From a virus, in the IMG/VR virus record IMGVR_UViG_3300045988_007107, positions 1 to 44,614 of that record: a stretch of 44,614 nucleotides of DNA, one strand, 5' to 3'. The number at the start of each line of letters is the position of its first letter. Position 1 is the stretch's first letter. This document shows, in pieces, positions 34,340 to 42,210 of the stretch. The notes under the pieces are model-generated. The model was not told where the DNA came from. It was given only the letters and a program-made list of their open reading frames with translations, and did not search any database. The position numbers and the translations under genes are program-made.

Positions 34340-35533
34340 TTAGGCTCCTGGTGTAAGATTAGCTTTTTGGTCAGCAATCGCTTTGAATGACGCTGGAACA
34401 AATGCTTCTTCATCTGTTTTAACAACATCGAAACGGTCAATCACACGTACTTTTGTTGTATCAGTTTCGAATGCTCCACCACCGATGTTAGTAGAGAGCA
34501 ATGACAAGTGTTGACGGTCAAACAATGTTACTGCTTGTTTCAAGTCACCAAAGTAAAGTGGCATAGCTCCACCAGTGCCATTAGCAAGCCAACGGTCAGA
34601 TACTTCTTTAACTGTGAAACCATCAATTGAGTATCCAGTAGGTGATTTCACATCACGTTCCATCAAGTAATCACCCATTGCATTCTTAACTTTCTTAAGG
34701 GCAGTGAAGCCTGAAGTGTTAGTCAAGAAGAATGAGGTTTGTTTGATTGCTGGGTCAACTTTAGCTTCAAGATCAATGATGTCATCCCATTTAGCCAATG
34801 TTGGTTTAGTTGGAAGTGTTGCAATAACTTCCAAAATGGCTTTGTTACGAGTAACAACGACTTTCTTGGCAATCCAACCAGACAACCATGCAAGGATATT
34901 TTCAGCAGAATCAGCAAGCAAGCTGTTAGTTACTGTTGAGATACCGGCATAGCGTTTGATAGCGTAGCGGATAAGAGAAAGTTTTGGATCGTCGTTTTGA
35001 CCGATTTGACCAGCTTCATCATCAATTTTATTAAGACCAGTAATATCAGCCCATTTTTCGTAAACACGAGAACCAGTAAGAGTCGTTACGTTTTCAACGT
35101 TTACGTATTCTTGCAACGAGTCGTATTGGCGAACCAATGTATTGATAGCTGTACGGATATCTTGAGGGATAGTCAAGCCAGCGTCAGCACCAGTGCCGTC
35201 TGTTTTAGAATCAAGCAAGTTTTGGTAACGACCACGAACGAGGTTTTTAAAATCTTTAACGAAGTTAGCTTTAACTTCTTCTTCGTTCTCAGTCAACGGT
35301 TTCTTGTCTTCTTCAGACATATTTGCAACTTCACTAGCACGCGCTTCTGTGTACTGTTCTTTGAACATGTCACGCTTCATTTTCGCAGTGTCACGCTCAT
35401 TTTTGATTGCTTGCAATTCTTCAGTGGTTACTGAATCATCAAGCATAGCTACGTTAAGTTTTTCATTCAAGTTTTCGACCTTGTCGCCTTGAGCAACCCA
35501 AAGGTCATGCAATTCGTTTGATGTTTTCATCAA
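34340..35533 (-). CDS. Major capsid protein, HK97 family, with an N-terminal delta/scaffold-like coiled coil
   Basis: It is 397 aa and follows the ClpP-like protease. The N-terminal roughly 100 aa are charged and helical, and the remainder is HK97-fold-like. Confidence 0.85.
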   Translation of the reverse strand: MMKTSNELHDLWVAQGDKVENLNEKLNVAMLDDSVTTEELQAIKNERDTAKMKRDMFKEQYTEARASEVANMSEEDKKPLTENEEEVKANFVKDFKNLVRGRYQNLLDSKTDGTGADAGLTIPQDIRTAINTLVRQYDSLQEYVNVENVTTLTGSRVYEKWADITGLNKIDDEAGQIGQNDDPKLSLIRYAIKRYAGISTVTNSLLADSAENILAWLSGWIAKKVVVTRNKAILEVIATLPTKPTLAKWDDIIDLEAKVDPAIKQTSFFLTNTSGFTALKKVKNAMGDYLMERDVKSPTGYSIDGFTVKEVSDRWLANGTGGAMPLYFGDLKQAVTLFDRQHLSLLSTNIGGGAFETDTTKVRVIDRFDVVKTDEEAFVPASFKAIADQKANLTPGA

Positions 35534-35544
35534 TCATCTTCCTT

Positions 35545-36213
35545 TCATTCTTCAAGTAAAATCGCCAATTTCTGCTCACGCAATGAATTGGTTTTAGGTG
35601 TAGCAATCATATTCTTAAATTTAGTGATTGCTGATTTGCTTGGTAGTTGATGTACGGCATTAGTAACCATGATTTCTTCTTCATCATCGTTAAAGAACAT
35701 AATTTCATCCGCAAAACCTTTATCAACGGCAGTTTTAGCATTAAGCCATGTCTCTTTAGCCATGAGATCTAACAATTCTGGTTGTTTAAGTCCAGTTTTC
35801 ATCTCGTAAGCCAAAGCAATAGATTCATCAATGCTATTCAATACTGCTGATTGATGTTCCAAATCATCGCTATTACCGACAATACCAGTAGACGCTTTGT
35901 GAATCATAATATGTGCCGTTGGACTGATACGAACAGTATCGCCAGCCATAGAAATGACACTCGCAGCACTAGCCGCAAGCCCTTGTACATTAACCACAAT
36001 ACGCTTACCACTGGCTTTAAGCATTGTATAGATTTCGCTAGCTGCGAATACATCACCGCCATTTGACGCAATATTAAGCGTAATTTCTTCGTCTTCATCG
36101 TTAGCAATGGCATCTTGTACCAGTTTAGGATAGGTACTAGACATGCCGAAATACTCATAAAATGCCCCGGCATCATCGCTTACAATATCGCCTTTAATGT
36201 CAATCTTGCCCAT
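35545..36213 (-). CDS. ClpP-like (S14) head maturation protease
   Basis: NIASNGGDVFAASEIYTML ... GLAASAASVISMAGD ... IMIHKAS carries the ClpP Ser/His pattern. It lies between the portal and capsid genes. Confidence 0.85.
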   Translation of the reverse strand: MGKIDIKGDIVSDDAGAFYEYFGMSSTYPKLVQDAIANDEDEEITLNIASNGGDVFAASEIYTMLKASGKRIVVNVQGLAASAASVISMAGDTVRISPTAHIMIHKASTGIVGNSDDLEHQSAVLNSIDESIALAYEMKTGLKQPELLDLMAKETWLNAKTAVDKGFADEIMFFNDDEEEIMVTNAVHQLPSKSAITKFKNMIATPKTNSLREQKLAILLEE

Positions 36214-37351
36214 TTATCTCACCTCCTTTCAATGTGGTCCTATTAGGGTTCTTACCCTCTGGCAACTCTTTAGGTAAAATCTCGGCTTGTTGCAAAATAT
36301 ACAAGCCTTGATTCTGTGCAAGTGTGCCACTTTTAACCATGCTGTTGATACGGCTGATATAGTTAGCACCAGTCGGATCAACCGCTGGGAAAATATCTGC
36401 GTCCACATCGCATGAAAGTTTCTGAGATAACTCACTAAGGAATGGCCTTAAGTAGCGTGCTACCGCTTTAGAATAGACATTTGAACTCATTTCTAGTGAG
36501 GATTGTTGGTCTCCTTGTCCTCCGACTACATTCTCTGGGATACCGTAGACTTTTGCAAATTGTCCGGTCGTCCAGTCCGCTTGCTTAAGTAGTTGGGCCA
36601 CGTTGGACTTGATTTCAAGAGGTGTGAAATCTTCTAAATCATCTAGTACCAACGGACCACCTTGCATTTGCTTCATTGCTTGCCGTGAGCGTGAGACTTT
36701 AGTTTTGAAATCGAGCAATCCACCGCCCTTGATTTTCAAAATACCATTGGCGTTTAGGGCGTTCTTAAGAGAGTTAAGCGTTAACTTATCACTAGCTTTT
36801 TGAATATCTAGTTCTCTACCAAGAGCCATCAACGGACTTACGCTTGTCAAACCACCGTCCACAGATAGCAATCTAAAGTGTAAGATATCGCTTTGTGGAA
36901 CGTGCTGCTTTGGCGGAATACGTGGATCATCAAACGTAATGTTGTAGTAAAGGCCATTCTGATTGTCCAATCGGTTGAAAGTGACTTGAGACGGTCTCAA
37001 ATATTCCCACTTCATATCACGGCCATTGTCATTACGCCATCGATAGGCAAAGGCTTCCCCACCCAAAAGCATTTGAGCAAAGATTGACTGATAGAAATTA
37101 AAGCGGTTAGCATTGTTTGACGGGTTATCCACGATACCTTGCATTTGTTTTCGGCTGGTCGTTAGCTTAGCTGTCGCAAGGTCATTGGATAGCTGACTGA
37201 TAATAGAGAATAGGTCCGAGTTTTTAAGAGCAGTTTCGGCTGAAACCCACTCACTACCATTCAAGGTAGCTAAAAACTCTGGATCAGTAATATCAAAAAA
37301 GCCCCCTTGATTGCTCGGTGGGCTTTCGGTCGCTAAATTAAATATCGGCAA
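36200..37351 (-). CDS. Portal protein, HK97 family (TTG start)
   Basis: It is 383 aa and lies downstream of TerL. The TTG start at 37351 is preceded by AAAGGAGGTGA with a 6-nt spacer. Confidence 0.85.
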   Translation of the reverse strand: MPIFNLATESPPSNQGGFFDITDPEFLATLNGSEWVSAETALKNSDLFSIISQLSNDLATAKLTTSRKQMQGIVDNPSNNANRFNFYQSIFAQMLLGGEAFAYRWRNDNGRDMKWEYLRPSQVTFNRLDNQNGLYYNITFDDPRIPPKQHVPQSDILHFRLLSVDGGLTSVSPLMALGRELDIQKASDKLTLNSLKNALNANGILKIKGGGLLDFKTKVSRSRQAMKQMQGGPLVLDDLEDFTPLEIKSNVAQLLKQADWTTGQFAKVYGIPENVVGGQGDQQSSLEMSSNVYSKAVARYLRPFLSELSQKLSCDVDADIFPAVDPTGANYISRINSMVKSGTLAQNQGLYILQQAEILPKELPEGKNPNRTTLKGGEINGQD

Positions 37352-37368
37352 TTATTATCACCTCCTTT

Positions 37369-37548
37369 CTAGCCTTTCTTGCTAGCTAATTCACTCACTA
37401 GCCCAGCTAGTACGAATGTGGTGGTCATGCTGACACCAAACCACACGTAGCCAATATGGTAAGTGGTCACATTAAGCGAAATTGCAGCTAAAATGAACAT
37501 CAAAATGTCAAAAATAGCCCAAATCGCCTTAAAAAACTTTAAAATCAT
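37369..37548 (-). CDS. Small two-helix membrane protein missing from the ORF track, 59 aa (MILKFFKAIWAIFDILMFILAAISLNVTTYHIGYVWFGVSMTTTFVLAGLVSELASKKG)
   Basis: Translated codon by codon. The ATG lies 3 nt after the TerL stop codon. It fills the whole TerL-portal gap and has two hydrophobic helices. It is one residue below the track cutoff. Confidence 0.55.
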   Translation of the reverse strand: MILKFFKAIWAIFDILMFILAAISLNVTTYHIGYVWFGVSMTTTFVLAGLVSELASKKG

Positions 37549-37551
37549 GTC

Positions 37552-39429
37552 TTAATACTCCTCTAATAGCCCACTGTCTGGGTTTTTCAACCAATTTAAA
37601 ACGGCCTCTTGACTCATGTGTTCGACCTTCCACGTTGGATTGTTAGTAATAGCGTAATCTTCGAACGCATACATGCCATCATAAAACGCATCGATAAGAG
37701 CATCCACCACGTCGATTTTATAGGTTGATTTCATTTTATCGACTTGAATACCGATGTTATCCTCTTTAATCACTGCATTTATCAAGGCTTTTCGCATGAT
37801 TTCATCATCAAGGCGGGTGATATTGCCTTCGATAAAGAGCGTTTGAAGGAATTTAGTAGGGTCTTTCAACTCGCTTGTTCGTTGTCTAATTGGCATCATC
37901 GGGAAACTGGTGTTAGACTCCAAAGCCTTGATAATCTTTGATACTCCCATAGCGTCATAGCCAAAGAAAACCACATCAAGCTGATTGTCTTCGACATAGT
38001 CACAGAACCACCGATAGACTTCTTCTGGATTGATTAGACCTTGTGGGTGGCTTGTAATCGTACAAAAGCCCTTGGTTTCCAAATCCCGATAATTGACACC
38101 GTCCTGTTCCATCTTGGCTTCTAACGATCCCGCTTGTTGCCAAGGAATGAAACTGTGTTGTTCGATGTGCCATTTCTGACTACCATCTTCAGTAACGTAG
38201 GGATAGACGAAACCAATGGCTGTGTTATCGCTAAACATTGACGCATCCAGTCCAACATATACACGCTTGCCCTTGATGTCAAATTCATCAACGACTGCAT
38301 TTTCAATATCGTCTAAATCAAGAAAGCTATTGCTATCTGCCAATAGCCAGCAATTCATGTTCTTAACTTGGAAGTCAGCAAGTTTACCCATGAGTAGTTT
38401 CTTGTCACGCTCAGAAAGTAGCCCTTTCATCAATCCATCTTTTAGTTTTGGATGATTTAGCAAAGGATTGCTTTTCGACCACGTTTCCGGTTTAAAAACT
38501 TCTTCCAAGTTATCTTGAGACCAGATTAGACATAACTGGTCATCACCAGACCGGTCAAAGTCACGCTCCATAATCTCAATCAGTTTCTTTTGCTCTTGGT
38601 GAAACGGAACATCGGGCGTTTGGTAAGAAGTCGAAATCTCAATAAATCGTGAGCCCTCAGTGTTAACTTGCCCGGATGTGATTTTAGAAATACCTTCATC
38701 CGTTCTAAGCTCACCAACCTCATCAGCTACGGCTAATTTAAAGTGCTTACCATCAAATTTACCAGATTCAAATGAAATGGTATGGATGGTATTGGCATCT
38801 ACAAGCGATTTAATTTCTCGTGAGTATAATTGAACTTGCGTTTCCTCTGCTAACGACTTAAACGGCTCATTCTCGATGATTCTTGCCATCATAGATTTAA
38901 CATAAGTGTATAGCTTCATCGTTTGGTCGAAGTTTAGCGAACTAACAAGAAAGTCTTGGTTACTTTGCCCGATAATCTCAATCAGATAAGAGAAATTAAG
39001 GCAGATACCAGCTATCATCGTTTTCCCTTGCGAACGAGCAATGGAAATAATGATGTTTGAAAACCTTGGTACATCGTCTAAATCAAACCACGCAAAGAGT
39101 TGGGCAAATATGAAATACTGCCAATCCATAGGCTCTAGTTTTTGGCTAAGATCATCAACGTTAGGCACTAAAGACAAGAATTTCAAGAAACGGTTAAACG
39201 CATCAACCGAATAGACATAAGGAAAATCGCTATCCCCTTGTCTTTGCAAATCTCGGAGGTGTCTAAAACATGCTAACTGGATATTGTAGCCAGCGACAAT
39301 CTTACCATCTAGCACATCAAAACAGTATTGCGTGCCGTAATCTATGTAAGTTTTTCGCTCATAAGAAAAATCGATACTTTTATAAGTACCGATTACATCT
39401 TTTGACTTGGTTAAATCAATCTTTTGCAT
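37552..39429 (-). CDS. terL: Terminase large subunit
   Basis: It is 625 aa and lies after TerS. ATPase-like motifs are ARSQGKTMIAG and VADEVGEL. A C-terminal nuclease region is present. Confidence 0.9.
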   Translation of the reverse strand: MQKIDLTKSKDVIGTYKSIDFSYERKTYIDYGTQYCFDVLDGKIVAGYNIQLACFRHLRDLQRQGDSDFPYVYSVDAFNRFLKFLSLVPNVDDLSQKLEPMDWQYFIFAQLFAWFDLDDVPRFSNIIISIARSQGKTMIAGICLNFSYLIEIIGQSNQDFLVSSLNFDQTMKLYTYVKSMMARIIENEPFKSLAEETQVQLYSREIKSLVDANTIHTISFESGKFDGKHFKLAVADEVGELRTDEGISKITSGQVNTEGSRFIEISTSYQTPDVPFHQEQKKLIEIMERDFDRSGDDQLCLIWSQDNLEEVFKPETWSKSNPLLNHPKLKDGLMKGLLSERDKKLLMGKLADFQVKNMNCWLLADSNSFLDLDDIENAVVDEFDIKGKRVYVGLDASMFSDNTAIGFVYPYVTEDGSQKWHIEQHSFIPWQQAGSLEAKMEQDGVNYRDLETKGFCTITSHPQGLINPEEVYRWFCDYVEDNQLDVVFFGYDAMGVSKIIKALESNTSFPMMPIRQRTSELKDPTKFLQTLFIEGNITRLDDEIMRKALINAVIKEDNIGIQVDKMKSTYKIDVVDALIDAFYDGMYAFEDYAITNNPTWKVEHMSQEAVLNWLKNPDSGLLEEY

Positions 39430-39441
39430 GTTTCACCTCCT

Positions 39442-39918
39442 TTATTTGAAGAATGCCGCCATCTTGTCTTTCATCGAAGAATTATCCGCTTGACTTCCGG
39501 CTATCTCAGCCAATTCAGCCCTTCCTTTAGGTGTTAGACCTAGTTGGATGCCTATTTTATTAAGGGTTTCAGCAGCGTCTTTCATCGTCGCAACGGCTGG
39601 GTTTTTCTTAAACCCCATTGATTGCTCGCCTAAAATTTCACCGGTTCCGGGCGATTGAATAACTTTGATAATCTCGGTTTGGATACCGTTTTCTTTCACG
39701 TCCTCATAGGCTTTCTTGTAAATCTCGTAAGTCGTGCAGTAGGTTTCCACTAGGAAGGTATCGATACGCTCGACCTTTTCAGTAGCTTTTAAAAATGGAA
39801 TGATTTTAGTCCAAACCGTTCTCGCCACAGTGCCTAGATAGTTTGGCGGGTCAAGCGGTAGAAAACGGTCATTTTGCTTGTAAAACGGCTCTCGCCTTGC
39901 TGGGGACTTATTCGCCAC
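39442..39918 (-). CDS. terS: Terminase small subunit, P27 family (GTG start)
   Basis: The GTG at 39918 is preceded by GGAGGTGAGGAA. The product, ANKSPARREPFYKQN...GLTPKGRAELAEI, is typical of P27-family TerS proteins. The longer 197-aa form has no RBS. Confidence 0.8.
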   Translation of the reverse strand: MANKSPARREPFYKQNDRFLPLDPPNYLGTVARTVWTKIIPFLKATEKVERIDTFLVETYCTTYEIYKKAYEDVKENGIQTEIIKVIQSPGTGEILGEQSMGFKKNPAVATMKDAAETLNKIGIQLGLTPKGRAELAEIAGSQADNSSMKDKMAAFFK

Positions 39919-40095
39919 TTCCTCACCTCCTAAATCGTAAATCTGACCCTTGTTAAAACCCCTCAAAATTGGCGTGCGGTGTAAGAGGACACCTTGCGGC
40001 GGCTCTCCTTGGCACGAGAAAGGGGCGGGGGTCAATTTTAAATCGTGTCGAGGGTTATTATACCACCCTTATTATAAAATCGTGCTATGGGCTTA
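39919..40095. other. Putative cos / packaging-initiation region
   Basis: It lies between the HNH and TerS genes, as in HK97-like cos phages. GC-rich blocks (ccccgcccc, ggagagccgccgcaaggtgtcc) contrast with the surrounding AT-rich DNA. CACGATTT occurs as a direct repeat, and there is a short palindrome agggt...accct. Confidence 0.45.
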
Positions 40096-40620
40096 TTAGA
40101 GGGGTTTAACGACGTCCTCTTTTTTCCGGGCTATTAAATCCGCCCACGCTGCCACGGAAAGTCGTAGCTCCGTGTTCTGTTTTGTCCTATTTTGACCAGT
40201 ACCATAGATTTCTTGTTCTAATGTCCGCTTGGTATTATCGCAACTTCTGCACGTTGCTACCACGTTTGAAATTTCAGTCCTAAGTTCTGGCGCAATTTCA
40301 ACGGGTGTAACGTGGTCGCCTATGCGTGCGTCTGGTGTGGTCACACCCAACGCTAGACAGTACTGACATAGATAGTTGTCACGTTCTAATGCAATCTTAC
40401 GAATAGAAGACCAAGTCTTTGAACGATAGAATGCATAGCGTTCCTTGCTCTCATCATCTCTGTTCCTTACTCGCTTATTGTATCTAGTGCGTGAATATCT
40501 CTGTCGCTCTTCCATGTATGCTGCTTCCATACTGTGGTGTGTCGTACAGTAGTGTGCTGGTCTCTCTGTTAAGGCACGGCACCCCTCTGCCTTACATCGT
40601 CTGACCATTGGCATTGGCAT
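40096..40620 (-). CDS. HNH endonuclease (packaging-associated)
   Basis: The motif is CQYC...GDHVTPVE...CRSCDNTK. It lies immediately upstream of the P27-family TerS gene. The start may be the second or third ATG (40614/40608), given the GGAGG spacing. Confidence 0.85.
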   Translation of the reverse strand: MPMPMVRRCKAEGCRALTERPAHYCTTHHSMEAAYMEERQRYSRTRYNKRVRNRDDESKERYAFYRSKTWSSIRKIALERDNYLCQYCLALGVTTPDARIGDHVTPVEIAPELRTEISNVVATCRSCDNTKRTLEQEIYGTGQNRTKQNTELRLSVAAWADLIARKKEDVVKPL

Positions 40621-40631
40621 ACCTCCTTTCA

Positions 40632-40665
40632 GATAAAGTAAAAGAAGAACACCACTGTGTCCTTC
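40632..40665 (-). terminator. Rho-independent terminator between the late regulator gene and the HNH/late operon
   Basis: The minus strand reads gaaggacac-agtg-gtgttcttc, a 9-bp stem with one G-U pair, followed by TTTTACTTTAT. Confidence 0.6.
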
Positions 40666-40734
40666 TGATTCGATAATACTATATTACCACGTCGTAAGTA
40701 TGATGGAGTATGGATTGGTATATACCACTATAGA

Positions 40735-41133
40735 TTAGTCCAAATACTTCTCAGCTTGTCTTAACTTAACGTAGTAGGTAGCTTTACTAAAGCCCATGCG
40801 GTCACATATCTGCCAGATATCTAGCTGGTCTATGTAAACCATTTGCAGTAGGGACCTAGCATCTATATCCCCCACGTTTGCTATCTGTCTGCGAAACTCT
40901 AGCTTCTGCTTAATAGCTTCAGCCGTGAAGCGTTCTACTTCTTCACGAGCCGTCATGAGTTCGACATAGATATCATCCTTACCCTTACGCTTACCACCTT
41001 GCACCATATCCGTTTGCATAGCTCCAGCCGTTATTTTGAGCGCTTGCGATTCCAGTCTTTTAATCTGTTCTATCTGACTGTCAATATATCTATCAAGCGC
41101 CTTGATTTGTTGCAGCCGTTCAACTGTTCTCAT
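40735..41133 (-). CDS. DUF1492-like late-gene transcriptional regulator (sigma-70 region-4-like HTH)
   Basis: Read from MRTVERLQQIKALDRYIDSQIEQIKRLESQALKITAG, with the C-terminal HTH IWQICDRMGFSKATYYVKLRQAEKYL. The RBS is AAAGGAAA. It sits just upstream of the packaging genes. Confidence 0.65.
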   Translation of the reverse strand: MRTVERLQQIKALDRYIDSQIEQIKRLESQALKITAGAMQTDMVQGGKRKGKDDIYVELMTAREEVERFTAEAIKQKLEFRRQIANVGDIDARSLLQMVYIDQLDIWQICDRMGFSKATYYVKLRQAEKYLD

Positions 41134-41346
41134 AAATTCGTTTCCTTTATGGTATAATAATATTATTAGCGTTTGAACAGTCCTAGGCATTAGTCTGGGT
41201 CTTTTTTTATACAAGAATAAAGAAGGATTAGGGTACCACCTCCCATGCATTAGATTTAGCCATGCCACCAGCAATGCAAGGCTAGGATTGAAAAAATCAA
41301 AAAGGATTCCTCGATTCTATAACTTATTATTTACTGGATTTTTGGT

Positions 41347-41449
41347 GTCGAGGTCTGTCAGCTCGACAGTGTTAAAAAAGTGTTAAAAAAGTGTTCAAGC
41401 CACTAAAAATCTATATTTATTTTTTAGCTTCATTTTTTTATTTTTAGTG
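41347..41449. repeat. Structured AT-rich intergenic block containing an inverted repeat, 11-bp-phased tandem repeats and a 10-bp inverted repeat
   Basis: gtcgag-gtctgtcag-ctcgac lies at 41347-41367. agtgttaaaaa occurs twice plus agtgtt at 41368-41395. cactaaaaat (41401-41410) pairs with atttttagtg (41440-41449). Confidence 0.65.
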
Positions 41450-41460
41450 ATGACAGACAA

Positions 41461-41502
41461 TAGCTAGTGAGGGAGTCGAACCCTCGTAAACCGTTCTAGC
41501 TA
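41461..41502 (-). other. tRNA-like acceptor-stem/T-arm minihelix (not a complete tRNA)
   Basis: The minus strand reads TAGCTAG-AACGGTTTAC-GAGGG-TTCGACT-CCCTC-A-CTAGCTA. The T-arm is canonical (5-bp stem, TTCGACT loop) and is enclosed by a 7-bp outer stem. The 5' arm contains the TAG stop codon of ORF 41500..42210. Confidence 0.4.
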
Positions 41503-42210
41503 CACGCCTAGTGCATAGGCTGTATATAGGGCTTTTCTGACCGTTGCTTTATTACGACCTACCTTGCCCTTAGTTCTATATTCTAAGGTGATGCGGTCAA
41601 TCTCACTATCTAGGCTCTCTGACCATTCGTAATGATTAAATACATACTTAGCTATCTCGCTGAATAGCTCTCTGGACAGCAATTCTTCTAACTGAATCAC
41701 CTTGCGAGGTGTTAGAGCGGCGTGTTCTGAGTAGACAGCGTTGATGACGCTTTGAATCGTCATAGCTTCTTTTTTTGAACACCCCTTAACATCCATAATA
41801 TGCTTGACAACACCGTTAGGATAAGTCTTTCTAAGCACTTCAACTTCTGCACGGAACCGCTTGAAAAGGTGTTCTGGCAGTCCTGCGTTGGTTTTCTCCA
41901 ACACTGGGCGCGTGGTTTTACCTCTAGTGTAATTAGTTGACAGATAGTCTTGAAGGTCGTCGAATAATTCATCAGAAATGATGCCTTCCAAGCGGTCGAC
42001 AGTTTGGGGCGATATCCTCGCACGTTCCACCACCGCACTATTGAATGCTTGATAAATGATGCGAGCTTGTACTTCACTGCACTGTTTCACATCTTGAAAA
42101 AACTGTTTATAGGAGCCTTTTTTGTGTGTTTTTCTAAGTGCCGCATGTTCACTGACTAACCGTTGATATAATTCCTCGGTCAATCCGGAATACTTGTATC
42201 TAACACTCAT
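41500..42210 (-). CDS. Hypothetical protein with an internal tandem duplication, 236 aa
   Basis: Residues from about 9-95 (LTEELYQRLVSEHAALRKTHKKG...RIIYQAFNSAV...ISPQTVDRLEGIISDELFDDLQDYL) align with residues from about 111-195 (LPEHLFKRFRAEVEVLRKTYPNG...MTIQSVINAV...LTPRKVIQLEELLSRELFSEIAKYV). Confidence 0.65.
   Translation of the reverse strand: MSVRYKYSGLTEELYQRLVSEHAALRKTHKKGSYKQFFQDVKQCSEVQARIIYQAFNSAVVERARISPQTVDRLEGIISDELFDDLQDYLSTNYTRGKTTRPVLEKTNAGLPEHLFKRFRAEVEVLRKTYPNGVVKHIMDVKGCSKKEAMTIQSVINAVYSEHAALTPRKVIQLEELLSRELFSEIAKYVFNHYEWSESLDSEIDRITLEYRTKGKVGRNKATVRKALYTAYALGV

Noticed and set aside
39919-40035. N-terminal extensions of several track ORFs: TerS 197-aa form, late regulator 179-aa form (41134..41274), RusA 150-aa form, and the 92-aa and 77-aa forms
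   Set aside because: The extended starts have no Shine-Dalgarno sequence and run through intergenic regulatory DNA or overlap upstream genes extensively. Internal ATG/GTG codons with strong GGAGG-type sites give products of canonical family length.
41430-41540. A complete tRNA gene around the T-arm-like sequence
   Set aside because: Only an acceptor-like stem and a T-arm can be drawn. No D arm or anticodon arm exists between them (the linker is 10 nt). The upstream sequence is the coding end of the 236-aa ORF. It is reported only as a tRNA-like minihelix.
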